Notes: generated by a model from the sequence alone, not told the origin. A stretch of DNA of 64,000 nt from Octopus sinensis (GCF_006345805.1 NC_042997.1:69440001-69504000), one strand, 5' to 3'; shown: positions 12,511 to 26,639, counted from the stretch's first letter. Numbers and translations are program-made.

Positions 12511-13319
12511 TGTACATGCTGATATTTTGATATCAACAGAACCTCTTCCCATCTAAATGTGTTACCAACTTTTCTTTTCGTTGTTATCAATAGAAAGTCA
12601 TTTTATCTCTACAGGCAATATTCGCGGTCAGTTTCGTACAATCCTTCACTGCCATCAGCACGTATTACTCTTGTTCTACATATGATCACTTAGATACAAG
12701 ACATTCTAAATGATTAATTTAGAGGATTTCTTCGGTTACAGTAGGATTTGCATTCATGTAGATCATCGATTGTGGCTTAAGATCTAGAAAATTATGCTGT
12801 CCAGACAAAGATAATTTGATTTCACACTATTGCTACTAAAGAGATTATGCATTTATGTGTGGCTTGGATGTGAATTCTTAATATGCTGAAAAAAGGTCCT
12901 TACTATAGCAGGCAACTCCACTCTGAGTAATAACAGGTGATACAAATATGTGTGTGTGTGCGTGTGCGTCAGTGCTTATATATACAAATGTACATATATA
13001 CATACACATAAGCATGTATATACGTATGTTCTATTCTATTTTACTTATTTAATGTAACGGAAGGAGCTGGTTTCTAACAAACATACAAAACTCCGTCGTT
13101 AGAATTAGAATATAGAGAACAGAAACAATGTTACACTTTGAACTTGAGAAAAGTCTTCCATATATTCACCGTTTCGCAAACAGATTGTACATGTTAGTTA
13201 GTTGGTTACTTTTCCTGAAAACCTTAAATTTTCCGGATTGCCACTCAGACATTCACTAATGTAAACAACTGTACTAATTATTAGTAGTATAAATGTAAAT
13301 TTATGATCTGGGTATAGAA

Positions 13320-14480
13320 GCTAGAAGTTTCGAAGAAGTTGTATGCAGTTATCCTCTTTCTCGTTGATTTTCGAAGTGTAATTCACATTAGTACAGCAGC
13401 TGATTTCTATGACAGTATATACATTTTCTTGTCTGTCGCAAAGGACAATATCCGGCACGTAATATTTGCATTTGGTAGAAGTTTCAATGGAATGCTCCGC
13501 CAATATCAAAGTTACATCTTAGAGATGTCTCTTTTGTTTATTGCGTACATTGAAGCAATTTCTTGCACTAGGATTGCACCCGCCTGATGTGATGTAGTGA
13601 TATGTTGCAAGTCTAAGAAAAGTTGCACTTCATGTTGATATTAATATCATTTTTAAAGTGACGAGCTGGCAGAACCGTTAGCACGCCGGAGAAAACGTTT
13701 AGCGGCATTTCACCCTTCTTTACGTTCTTTGTTCAAATTCCACCGAGGTCCACTTTGCCATTCATCCTTTCAAGGTCGATAAAATAAGTACTAGTTGAGT
13801 ACTGGAATCGATGTAATCGATTTGCTCTCCCACCCCGAACTTGCTGGCCTTGTACCAAAATTTGAAGCCGGTATTAGTGTCATCTCTAAGCCTTCAGAAA
13901 CAATTATACATATTTAAAAATTTTTTTTCTGAACACGGAACGCTTCACATCCGGGTACTTGGGTTGTGAGGCAGCTCATCGGGAAGAGAGTGCTTCCTGA
14001 GGAGCTCAATGCTAACTTGTCGCATGTTGCTCTCTTCGCTTTCCAGCACTGCTTCTTGTTTAACAAATGCTGTTTGAAAGATACTATGCGATATTCGAAG
14101 GCTGTCTGCACAAATCTCAAGCCTCTATGTCCTTTGTCTCTTTTTCGAAGTATAGGCTGTCAACAACACTACTTGTGTGGAAGTTTCCCGTTGATGACAG
14201 GATCTTGCAGTTTTTATATCTGTAGAGATTTCCTCTACAGACCAGTCAAGTTTTCCAAATGTTAATATCTGCACTGCTACTGCAGATGTATTTTGGGATA
14301 TTGTCTTGTTGGAAGCGAAGAGCTCGACTATCATATTGTCCTGTGTAATACTCTCGAGTCACTCTTTATTCTTTATTCATTTATATTTTTATTCACAACG
14401 CCTTCGTATGAAATACTTTGTGGAACAACAGTGATAGCGAGACTGTTGATGCATAGAGCTTGGAGTTTGTGGAAATGAAT
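13320..14480 (-). mobile_element. R4/Dong-clade LINE remnant (RT thumb plus REL endonuclease), interrupted by a SINE
   Basis: FGKLDWSVEEISTDIKT, GLRFVQTAFEYRIVSFKQHLL and YVPDIVLCDR..VIEISC..KINEKED (PD-(D/E)xK); multiple stops and frameshifts. Confidence 0.75.
13657..13870 (+). mobile_element. tRNA-derived SINE family 2
   Basis: gacgagctggcagaaccgttagc...gttcaaattccaccgaggtc...gtcgataaaataagtac; homologs at 38350, 43437 and 43795. Confidence 0.8.
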
Positions 14481-14642
14481 TTCCATGTTCAACAATCAAA
14501 CATGAACTATATCAGCTGAAATGTTATTACCTCCCGTTGTTTTTTGAAATTGTAAACCTTTTTTAGTATAGACCTTCAGGTCATCTACAAAGAGTGTATG
14601 TATGTATGTATGTATGTATGTATGTATGTATGTATGTATGCA

Positions 14643-14717
<75 letters not shown>

Positions 14718-14719
<2 letters not shown>

Positions 14720-14959
14720 GTGACCACTGTGACCGACCAGCCTATGAGATGTTGCTACACATCCCAGGTCACAATGAGCTTCGCACTGTTTTAGCCTTCA
14801 AAAGAGTACAGCAGGGATCGCCACCACCTCATGCCGGAGCCTTGTGGAGCTTTAGGTGTTTTCGCTCAATAAACACTCACAACGCCCGGTCTGGGAATCG
14901 AAACCACGATCCTACGACCGCGAGTTTGCTGCCCGAACCACTGGGCCATTGCGCCTCCA

Positions 14960-14961
<2 letters not shown>
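14718..14961 (-). mobile_element. tRNA-derived SINE family 4
   Basis: Minus strand begins gtggaggcgcaatggcccagtgg (A box) and ggtttcgattccc (B box). Confidence 0.7.
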
Positions 14962-15034
<73 letters not shown>

Positions 15035-15036
15035 TA

Positions 15037-15126
<90 letters not shown>

Positions 15127-15519
15127 TATATATATATATATGTACATATATAGATACATACATATATATATATATGTATATAGGGTGTGTATGTATTTTG
15201 CACGCACACACACACACATCCGCGTGTACCCAAATATTACATATTTGTACATTTGAATATAACATGTGCACTAGTAAATGTGACACTGTATGCAATGTTA
15301 TGAGCGTGTTTGTGAGTGCATGCTTATATGTGCGTGGTCCGTGCATTCCTCTGTGCTTAAATGAAGCGACTATTTCTGTGACGACAGACATGAATATCGT
15401 GCGAATCAACATTTTCTTGAGAAGTAAGTGCAGAGACAAAGGTCAACAGCAGTCTGTCCAGTTTCCTTCCGCGATATGTGAAGTGGTCACAACAACAATA
15501 ATCGGAGAATGAGGAGGTA

Positions 15520-15591
15520 GGAGTGAAAAACGAAGCAATGGTGGAGGGGAAAAGGAGAAAGAAAAGAGAATATGAAGAAAAAGAAGTAGAA

Positions 15592-15623
<32 letters not shown>

Positions 15624-15860
15624 AGATGAAGAAGAAGAAGAGGGAGGAGGAGAAGGAGGAGAAGGAGGAGGAGAAGAAGAAGGAGAAGAAGAAAAACAAC
15701 GACAACAACAGCAATATGGCAAACAGCTAAAATAACAACAATAACAATAACATTAAAGACAAGATAACTGTGGCAATCAAAGCAATAACAACAGTAACAC
15801 CAATTGCAACACCACCATCACCACCACTAACTACTACTACTACTACTACTACTATAAAAA
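15520..15860. repeat. (GAA)/(GGA)/(CAA)/(CAC)/(TAC) trinucleotide tract
   Basis: Directly visible; source of the poly-E and poly-S ORFs. Confidence 0.9.
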
Positions 15861-16269
15861 ACTACTTCTACTAGGAGAAGAAAGACAAATAAATAGGCAA
15901 AAACTCCAATGGAGGTAGATGAAGTTGAAAAGAGGACAGTCAAGTGGAAAGTGGTTGGTTATTCCCCATTGAAACGAAAAAAATAACGACCCCAATAAAT
16001 ATACAAGACTTTCTCGCTTACATCAGTTAATACCCACAACTACCATTATACACTGGTCTTTAGTTTTGTCACGGTTTTAGCACATAAGGAAACCTGTCTT
16101 TGTTGTTTTTGCTGTTGTTGTTGCTGCTATGGCTTAGCCCCGAGTAAGTGCTGATCGAGCTATTCTGTGGTCAAAGGTATTCCAGTTGTGATGATCCTGT
16201 CTTATTCCTCAGGCATAGTTTATCAAGGACTATATCATCCAATGTGCCCTATCTTTTTTACCTTGTTCC

Positions 16270-16530
16270 GCCCGAAGCCTTATGAGAGGATTTAATGAAC
16301 GAAAACCGGAAACCGTATACATGTGTACGTGTGTCTGTGTGTATCTTTCTCTCTGTTTGTCCAACACTACTGCTTGACAACCCGGTGTTGGTGTGTTTAC
16401 GTCCCGTAATTTAGAGGTTCGTAAAAGAAGCCGATAGAATAAGTATCAATCTTGAAAAAAGAGACAAGTACTGAGGTAGAATCACTCGAATGACCTCATT
16501 TTAATGACTGAAATAAGTGAAATATAAAAG
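16270..16530 (+). mobile_element. SINE family 1, headless copy
   Basis: gcttgacaacccggtgttggtgtgtttacgtcccgtaa...gatagaataagta. Confidence 0.65.
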
Positions 16531-16698
16531 ATGTAAATCTTACTGCAATTATTAACTCTGCTTCTCTCTCTTCCTCCCTTCCTTTTTCCCTTTTATATTC
16601 ACACAATCACACACATTATATATATATATTTTAGGATTTGGGTGAATCAGGCATTTAAATGGTGAGGCATTGGGTCGAGTCCATCGTTTGTTTTGAGT

Positions 16699-16765
<67 letters not shown>

Positions 16766-17403
16766 TGTCTCCTATATGTTGCAGTCTTCAAAGATTCTAG
16801 TCGAACGAATCAATTCCAGTACTTATTTTTAATGCCTGATATTAATCATGTTGGTCTCTGCCAACGGCCTTCTAGGTTACGAAGACGTGGACACTAACAT
16901 TTTTGTCAGGCGGTAGTGTAGGACAAGCACACTCACACACACATAAATATATATAGAGAGATGTGTGTGTCTTTGCGAGTTCGGGGACTGGCTGAGATTA
17001 CAGGCGTAAGACACTCTATTTTCATCAATTCGCTTGGTGTTAAAACACCTGGAATTCAAAAACAAGTGAGATAATTTGAGTCAGGTCACGTTATAGGAGC
17101 GATGGGCATTAATGCTTCGTCATTTTTGTGGTTGGTCAAAACCGCGTACCCGGTACGAGGCCAGACGCAAGATAAATCACTATCTATGACTATATGCAAA
17201 ATAGTGTGAGAACCATCTGCTGGTATATTCCAACGTTTCATACCACAGAATAAAATTCAAATATAAATGAGAAGCAAGCCGAGGGATAAAAGCTATATAG
17301 AACACACATGTACAAGTTATGTGTTTTGTCAGTACGTGGGCAAACTGCAAATATAGCTGTAAAAGAATATATACTCATCAATTCCCCTGGTGTTAAAACA
17401 TGC

Positions 17404-17446
<43 letters not shown>

Positions 17447-17461
17447 GTGTGCGCGCGCGCG

Positions 17462-17509
<48 letters not shown>

Positions 17510-17523
<14 letters not shown>

Positions 17524-18806
17524 TGAGAATGTGTGTCTGTCTGCCTGCCTGTCTCTCTGTCTGTGTGTTTCCCTAAAACTTGAGAACTACAAAACCAATT
17601 TCATTCAAATTTTACACATGCCTTACTTAGGTTCCATGTAATTTCATGGGCAAAAAAAATGTTCAACTTCTTGCCTATGGCGAGCCCATAGCAATATCAT
17701 ATCTTCTCCACTATTTCAGTATTACGTGTTAAAAGTGAAACAAAAACATTTCTCTATTTTATGTCAGATACTTTCACTTTAACAATGAAAATTAGAGATA
17801 ATAATAACAATTGAATTATATGTAGTAAGTATAATCAAAATCAAGCTAAAGTATAATATAATCGTAACATAACAAAAGTAAAAATAGCAATTGGTATAAA
17901 ATTGCATCAATCACTTGAACTTGAATAACTGGCTTCACATGAATGGGAATAAATAAAAAATAAAATTTAAGTGCAGAAATGGAATAGTCCAGATGGAGCT
18001 GTGCACATACCGTTTACCACGGTTTTTACATTAGATTATCTGCTAATTAGTTAGCATTAAATATCTATATGAAGTTTGGCTGCATGCAATGTCTGTTTTC
18101 TCGAACAGCCGCTTCTACTGAGTACTGCCGTTTGTTTATTTCTTATACATAAAGGACTATAGCTTCAACTGCGTACTGCTTTTTGATTCACCGTAAGGTT
18201 TGTTGTTATTATTATTACTGTTTAACTATTGTTATCACGTTTGTTGGTTCCTCGTAAGGGAAACGTTGTTGTGTTGCATTTGTTAAACAATTGTAAATTA
18301 TAACCCTCCCCCTTTAGGAGAAGGAGCTTTGGTTATTGTTTAAAAATTGAATTGTGTCCCTGTTTGGGGAAATTGACAATATTTTCACCGTTTATACGGA
18401 AGCATTTTTGTTAGAATGCCTTCGATAGAAGAAAGTCCAAAAATGAATTTCACTGCAGCCGTCGGCGGGCGCGAACTCATTAAAATTAAAATGGAAGAAA
18501 TACAAATCTCTTTCGGATTGATCACCGACAAAGACGGTGAATCTAGGATAACACTACCAAACGAAATTATACAAGAGGGAGGACAAGATACAATTGATCG
18601 AAATTGCAAAAGACGGGTCTACAATTCCAGTGTGTTATATATTTTGAGTATTGTTATCACTAGCAATATCAAGATATAACTTTGTATTTTGTATTTTATG
18701 TGTAGATGTATATATATATAGATGTACATGTAATATGTACACATATATATACACATATATACATGCACTAGCACTATGACTCGGCAACGACGGGTCATAA
18801 TGCTAG
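17510..18806 (+). mobile_element. Non-autonomous Helitron (about 1.3 kb)
   Basis: 5' aaaactgagaatgtgtgtctgtctg after (TA)n; 3' hairpin atgactcggcaacgacgggtcat then CTAG|T at 18803-18806. Confidence 0.7.
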
Positions 18807-18843
<37 letters not shown>

Positions 18844-18847
18844 ATAT

Positions 18848-19031
18848 TCTTTTATTCGTTTCAGTTATTTAACTGCGGCCCTACTGTAGCACCGCCTTTA
18901 GTCGAACATAAGCTTAGTACTTATTTTATCGGTCTCTTTTGCCGAACCGCTAAGTTACAGGGACATAAACAGACCAGCATCGGTTGTTAAGCGATGTTGG
19001 GGTACAAAACAGACACACCAATGCATACATA

Positions 19032-19076
<45 letters not shown>

Positions 19077-19404
19077 ATACAAAATGGGACAAGAACGCAA
19101 AACATCCGGACAACTAGGTGATACAAAAAGGGACAACAAAACATCCAGATAGACGATACAAAAAAACAAAGACAGGTCATTCGAAGCTTTCTATCCTCAG
19201 TCAAGAACCGTATCATCCTCGCAATTTCGGCTGATTAATCTTGAGATTGCTCCAATCTGGCAAGCCCCAAGGAAAATCTAAGCTAAGAGCATTAGATTTC
19301 TTGGCAGAAAGCATCGAATGTATATGAAAACAAGTTCTTGTTCCATTTTGTATTTTATATACATGTATATAGCGGTGTAAGTACACTTTGTTCCCTTATA
19401 TGTA

Positions 19405-19454
<50 letters not shown>

Positions 19455-19620
19455 CACGACGGGCTTCTTTAAGTTTCCGTCTACCAAATCCACTCACAAG
19501 GTTTTCGTCGGCTCGGGGTTTTAGTAGAAGATACGTGCCCAAGGTGCCATGCAGTGACTGAACCCGGAACCATGGGGTTGGGAATCTGGATTCTTACCAC
19601 ACAGCCACTTCTGCACCTAT
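18848..19620 (-). mobile_element. SINE family 1 split by a nested PLE terminus
   Basis: Tail at 18848-19015 and head at 19455-19620, with pLTR family B between them. Confidence 0.7.
19078..19340 (-). mobile_element. PLE-type terminal repeat, family B
   Basis: aaatgggacaagaacgcaaaacatcc...gcaatttcggctgattaatcttgag; homologs at 30798-31024 and 45860-45970. Confidence 0.6.
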
Positions 19621-20035
19621 ATGTGCGTGTACGTGTGTGTTTAGGTATGTGCAAGATGCATGTGTATATAACTGTCGAAGTGTACATGTGTGTGTGTGTG
19701 TGTGTGTGTGCAGCTGAATGTACTTGCTTAGGATTACGTCTGCTGAGGAATTGCTATGTACATATCTGCCTGTATCTTTACAATGTGTATATATATGTAT
19801 ATCTGTATGTATGTATGTTTATTATGTATGTATGTACGTATGTATGAATGTATGTATGTATGTATGTATGTATGTATGTATGTATGTATGTATGTATGTA
19901 TGTATATGTGTCTATATGTATATATATATATATATATATGTAATCGTATAAATATATGTTGTATTCGTACTGTGTGTATATGAATATGCTTTTTGTATGT
20001 ACTTATGTGTGTATATGTATTTATATATATGTGTA

Positions 20036-21227
20036 TAAGGTGGTCAGGTAAAAACTTCATAAGCTGATACTCTCGTGAGATGTAACCAGATAAGGTTTCA
20101 TTTTCAGCATATTACCCCTATCGGTGCTTGTATCGAATTAGTAAAGATGCTTTACTTCTGTTGGTCAATAAATAACTAATTGCAGATATGACGTCATCAT
20201 CACCGAGATATTGATTCCCAGCAGAATGTTTTTCAAGTAGGGGTACAGATGATAGTCAGATATTGCCAAATAAGGGGAATAGAGAGGGTAATCAACCAGT
20301 TCAGAGTCACATCCACGCACATGAGCCATTGGAAGCAAGGATTTATGTGCGGGAGCAAGATCCCTTTCATCAGTTTCCCTGTGTATTTAATCTTGATAGC
20401 CTTTCATAACTGCCTCAGCAAGTTGACATAACACTCTCCATTGACGGTGTGGCTCTTCCGATGATGGTCAATAATCACAATGCGTATTGCATCCCCAAAA
20501 GCTGAGGTCGTCATCTTCCCTGCAGATGAAACCAGCTTGGCCTTCTTTAGAGCAAGTGAGGAGGAATGTTTCCACTACATAATTGTCTCTTTGTCTCGTG
20601 CTCAAAGTGATGAAGCTTAGGAAACATGCAAGAAAACCAGCTGGATCTGCTTCTTTGATTTTCCCGTGATGTGATCAACTCGGTGCGCTTTTACTCAAAT
20701 GTCAGAAGACGTGACACACAACCAGCAGAATCTTTCGTCATGCCAAGTTCATTATGCAGAATATTCTCAATTCTCCCAGGCGATATGCTTATAGTATTGT
20801 CTATCTGATTCGTGGTCAATTGCCTGTCATCCATCACCATATAGTGAACTCGATCAATGTTGTCCTTAGTGGTGGCAGTTGCAGGACATTCAAACCTTGG
20901 GTTATTTTCAAGACGCTTCTTTCCCCTCCTAAATTCAGTTGCCCTCTTTTGCACTGTTGATAAAACTAGAGCACCATCTAATGTATCAATTATGCCAGCA
21001 AGAATGTCCTTGGAGGCTAAGCCCCTTTTCTCACGATGCCAAATTTTGTCCAATTTCAAGAGAACTCACTACTAATCAGATTTGAAGTCGTTGAGCTGTC
21101 AAATGTTAGTTTAGCCGGATAGAAATAATGTAATCAGTCATAATAGTTCAAATTAATTCATGTAAGATTTCACAGCTCTAGCATTACTCCTTCATAGTCA
21201 GGTTGTGAACCTTTCAGCTTACCCTCG
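20036..21227 (-). mobile_element. mariner transposon, degenerate, near full length
   Basis: Right TIR tgaacctttcagcttaccctcg and diverged left TIR; ORF 20691-21059 gives HTH plus CVSRLL (WVPRLL-like). Confidence 0.85.
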
Positions 21228-24227
21228 TGTTTACATATATGTTTGTGTATGTGGTAATGATTGTCATCGTATGGTCTATATGTATATTAATGCATATAAC
21301 AGTATAGGGTTGTGTGAGTGTAGCTGAGTAACTTTTATTATGTTGATGCTTATGTGCATATGTTTCTATGTAGGCTTGAGTATTGTTTTGATTTCTCTAC
21401 AGTTCATTGGGGGAAGAAAGTACTTTGAGGTGTGGTTAGAAATTGTGAATAAGATTAAGGTCCGTAAGCTTTTATATGTGGTTGTTTGACGTTTAACCCT
21501 ATTTGAAAATTACTGTTGTTCAATATTATCTCATGGCTTAAACTCTATATCTCCAACTGTCTGTTCCCTGTTGAATTCGTATATAGATGTACATTTTCAT
21601 ATGTACATTTATTTACGTTTTAAACTAATTTCTTTTTATATTTGCTATAACTACTTTACTCCCTGAACTTAACCCTTCCTGTTTTTGTTAACATTAAAGA
21701 TGCTCAATTCCCTGAACTTAGACGTAATTTTTAATTGATATGAGACAACACATAATTACTTTTGCTGACCATACCAAACTGAATGTATCTAGTGTTGTTC
21801 TTCCATTCATTGTATGTATAAAAAGAATATTTTGCATGTATACTTAGATTTGAAACTTTGGTGCAGCCATGAAGGGCTAGTTTTTCCTAATCGCACTGAT
21901 CTGTGATTATACAGTTGTATATTGCAAGCATATTAGTGCAGACGTGTAAACTTATTTCATTATACATTGAAATTATTATTACATGGAGAAGGATACATAC
22001 AGCCGTAACTCTGAGGATGACAAGTGGTTGAATAAATATACTCACCTGTCATACCTTCCGACATTTTATTATATCCTTCTTGTTATTTATTTCTCTAAAT
22101 TACATATCAGAATGTGAAGACGTATATTTGTATGTATGTATGTATTTACAATGTATTAATGTATATCTGTCTGCCTGTCTGTCTGTCTCTGTATGTCTGT
22201 TTGTTTCTCTGTTTGTTTGTTTTTCCCTCGTCTAGCGTGACAGATTCATTGTGTTTTATTATATATAAGCTATTTTGTCTTCGCTTTGGGATAGCAATAA
22301 TAATAACTAATTGATACAACTGATGGAGTGTAATAACAATTAATATGACTGCTACTCACTTGGGGGTACGTCTAGATTTCTATTATCTACTGTGTGTTAA
22401 TGAAGTGATAAATGTTACTAAAAGTGAAATGAACATGTTAACTGCATATGTAACAAGAGCATTTTATTTATGTAAGTGAGATGGACAATAAACACAGACT
22501 AACAAAATGGCCAGAAAGAACGGGTATGAGAGTTGTTCGGAGGATCAGCGGAGTATAGTACAAGTGATTGAAAACTCTAGAGCACAAATCAAAATCATTT
22601 GGCAAGCAGTCTAGATAGACTTCAAGAGTGAATGGTGTAAATTTTATCATTGGCATATGAATGATATTGATAAATGTCAAGTTCCATATTGCCTTTGTAA
22701 ACTGTTCAAATATTTTTGCCTTTTGAAAACTAGAAAAACTGATTAATAAACCATGTGAAAAGTGTTTGTCACCAGAAAGTAATGACGATGGTGTGAATAG
22801 GTTATCCAACGAATGCAATGCACAAAATGCCCACCTAAGATCCCACAGTAACAACTCAGTTGTTCGCTATTTAATAATACATAGTCCAACGTATTCACCG
22901 AAAACAAATTACTGTAACTGAAGCGAAGCTCCTAATATTTACGAGGGCAACTATTTTTAATTTCTGTATCCTGGTTGTCTACGAGAAATACTAAAAAGTT
23001 CATTAGATGCATATTTACAATGGAAATTATTTATTACTGAAAATTCTTCAGCTAGCGTTTGAGGTTGCTCTTGGAAATAGCAAATGATGGGAAAAAATGT
23101 TAAGGATATTCATCTACTGCTGATCAAACGTCAATTGTCTGAATTATTGAGCAAATGGCAAAATGCTTTAGATTTCTGTTTGAACGAAAAACCCAAGTCT
23201 TTCAGCAGATTTTATGTTACGCCTTCTACTGAAGAAAACGTTCTTTATCAATTAGTCCGAGACTGTACTCCAAGAGCTCGAGCTGAAATTTGACATGACT
23301 GTTGGCGCAGCAAATTTGAACCGTGTTTAAAGAGATTTCGCAACAAAATCAAGGTGTTTTCATTTTCTATTCAAGTTCATTGTTATGGATGCCTACTAAA
23401 TTTTATTTTCTAAGATATGATGATAGGTGCTAAACGACTCCATTATGTTTAGGAATTAATCGAGGCAAATCGACATTTTTTAAAGTATCAGTTATCACAG
23501 AGAAAGTACTGCGGACACATACATCTCAAAGTGTATCAACACAGTCTTGAAGATAAAAAAATGCATGAGGAGCAAACCACGAAATATATACAGATAGCAG
23601 TGTATTATGGAATAGCCTCAGCAAAAATCCCTAGGAAAACATTGTAGATGTTATTACAGTTAGAACAGCTGCAACAATGAAACTCCTAACTTCAGAAAAA
23701 CAGAAATCTTTGAAAGCATTTGGAAATATATAATAATGTTGATGCAACTCTAAATGAAATCTTCCAAGGCATACAATTCTCATTCAAGGAGGTAAGAATC
23801 CCACGAAGAAAAATGTGTTTCGTCGATTGAAAACCCTGGTTGGTAAATTAGCAACAGAAGTGTGACTGAATCAAACTTCCAAAAACTTCCATTATCTAAT
23901 CCTCTATTATTTCATCTTCGATGCAACTGGAATCATGGACTTGACTATATTATCCTCAATACTGATACGTCAGGTAATTCAGATAAGCGCTGTCAAAATG
24001 TTACATCACATTATGGTGTTGCACTGTGTTTCATAAAAACAGGAAGAACGATACGCTACATAACATTTGTTAGGTAGCATACACATGTATCAAGTTCACA
24101 GACAACTGCAACTGGTTTTACTAAAACTGCTTCAGAGAACGCTTTTCAACGTGTAATTTTAGGCGTAACAAAACCACTGTATATGTGTGTGTGTATATAT
24201 ATATGTAACTATTTAAATATGTATACA

Positions 24228-25551
24228 CGAGGTGGTATCAAAATGTTCCAGGACTAGTTAAGTTTGATAAAAAAAATATCTTATTTACCTAAGTCTTAAC
24301 ATAATCTCCTTCGAAATAGTCACCTTGCGCAATGATACACCGGTCCCAGCGTTTCTGCCACTTTTGGAACCCAGCCTGAAAGTTATTTTCCGTGAGTGAG
24401 TCGAGAACTTTCTGCAATTCGCTCTTGATTTCGACATCGGTGTTAAAACGGCGACCTTTGAGTTGCATTTTCATCTTAGTGAAAGCCCGGAAGCCTACAT
24501 GTGCTAAATCTGGCGAATAGAATGGTTGCAGAAGCGATACCATGTTGTTTTTGGCGAGAAACTCACGAGTGAGGTGAGCTCGGTGACAGGGTGTATTGTC
24601 GTCGTGAAGAATCCAATTCTTCACGCTACTCAGATCCAGCCACTTGCACCGAATGTCCTGCCTCAAACGCTTCAGAACGTCGCAGTAGGACTTTCGACTG
24701 ACAATCTGACCCAGGTGGAGTGGGGTAGAGGGCGAATTCCCGATGCACAATAGCGCGGATATTGGAAAAACGATGAGCATGCTCTTGATTGAACTCCAGC
24801 TCTGTCATGCTTCCTTCGGTCGTGGAGATTGAAGGGTGCTTCCGTTGTGATGACTGCTGCTTCGTTTCAGGGTCGTACCTGTAGACCAAACTCAAGTCAC
24901 CGGGAATGATCCTCAACACGACGAATGGGTCATCAGCGGCACGCCGTTGGAGATTTTGACAGACTTCGACTCGATGTTCATTCTGCTCAGTGGTTAGCAG
25001 GCGGAGTGGTGCAGTCTTCATAGAGACACGCCGCATGCTCAATTCAGGCTCCAAGATTGCCTGCACGGAGCCATACGACAGACCAACAACATCAGCAATG
25101 TCAATGATTTTCCTCCGACGACTAATGGATTTTCTCCTTATTGCCGAGGGTGACACTTATGGCAGGTCTTCCAGATCGCTCATCGTCTTCCAAGGACGTT
25201 CTTCCGCTTTTGAAGTACCCGAGCCACTCAAAACATTGCGTATGACCCATTGCCTCGTCGCCGTAAGCTTGCTGGAGCATGTTCAATTTTTCTGTAGCAG
25301 ACTTCCCAAATTTAACGCAAAATTTCACGTTGGCTCTTTGTTCCAACTTCCTGTCCATGACAAAATCGCTGACTACAGCATATACATGATCACAAAAACA
25401 CAAATTTTACAACTTGCGAAGTAAACACATTAATGCCATCGGCACACTGCCTAATGAAGGTCACTACTGGCTCTCACTGCGCACGCAACCATATGCTGCC
25501 ATCTGTTAGCGCGCTACAGAACTAATCCGGTAACTTTTTGATACCACCTTC
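24228..25551 (-). mobile_element. mariner transposon, full length, frameshifted
   Basis: TIRs cgaggtggtatcaaaa / ttttgataccacct; three overlapping ORFs with QRANVKFC, PGDLSLVYRYDPETKQQS, ILHDDNTPCH and YSPDLA. Confidence 0.92.
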
Positions 25552-25671
25552 TGCGTGTGTGTGTTTAAAACCATAAGGACACAGAATGCTTGTGCCACAT
25601 AGCCAACTGGAAACTGGGGCTAAATAGCAGTAGCATTCTTCCCTTTCCTGGGACTGCCACATTAAGTATAT

Positions 25672-25890
25672 ATATATTATATAAAATTCGTTCTGTCTAT
25701 CTGTGTGTGTGTGTCTTCTAGGATCTCGGGCATCCTATATCCGATTGCGCTCAAATTTGATATGTAGATACCGACCGTATCAGGGCGTGTATAAGTCTTG
25801 AAAATATTACAAAAATCGATTCTAGGTGAGAATGCGATCGATAAAGCTGTGGGAACGTGCATTCGTACGCGCAAGTACATCAGCTGTTGC
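25672..25890 (+). mobile_element. Possible Helitron 5' fragment
   Basis: tatataaaattcgttctgtctatctgtgtg...ccgattgcgctcaaattt, typical of Helitron-derived 5' ends; no 3' end seen. Confidence 0.4.
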
Positions 25891-26249
25891 GATGTACTTA
25901 CTGGTACTTTAAACTCTTCGGTTGCATTTGTGTGAATAAAATCACTTTTCTTTGGAATAGAAAAAAGTCTATCTTTATTTCTTCTTTTGCTGGTGTCTCA
26001 AATTTAGGTTAAATCAGTGTTTCTCAAAGGGGAGGCCTATGGGACGGTCGGACAATTGTTTTGAGAAAATTTGGTTTAAATGTTTGACAACTCAACACCG
26101 TCCATTGGACGGTGTGGGCGTTTTGCTCGTGTATATATATATATATATATAATGTCTATATATACACACACATACATACATACATACATATATGTATAAG
26201 TATGAATATATACACCTATGCATGTATATGCATGCATCTATGTGTGTCA

Positions 26250-26420
26250 TTGTGCTGGCCACCTAACCACTTGACAAACAGTGTTGGTTTGCTAATGTCT
26301 CCGTAACTTAACAGTTTTGAGAACTTGTCGATTGAATACGAACCACACTTAGAAAATAAGGACTGAGGCAATTAGCTGGACTAAATCTTGAAACCGGTGC
26401 CCTAGCACGGTTGCAGTAGG
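26250..26420 (+). mobile_element. SINE family 1 tail, degenerate
   Basis: cttgacaaacagtgttggttt...ccgtaacttaacag...ggtgccctagcacgg. Confidence 0.55.
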
Positions 26421-26639
26421 TGAGTGTGTGGTTCTTATAATGATGGGACCTATTTTCATTGAGAGTTACGGGATCGATTGTGGGTACTCACCTTGCTTGT
26501 TACAGTCCCAGTTGCGTTTAAAATGTATCCCATCGTTATGAGACACCCAGTATGTGTGTATGTTCTTTTCCCTTTTTTTAATTATTTGAAATCTTCTTGT
26601 AAGAAAGGAACTTGATTCTAACAAAGACACAAAGCTGAA

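Noticed and set aside
15357-15735. Poly-E and poly-S ORFs
   Set aside because: (GAA)/(GGA) repeats.
17021-17400. Short direct repeat tcatcaatt..tggtgttaaaaca with a possible Tc1 scrap between
   Set aside because: Too short and diverged to define an element.
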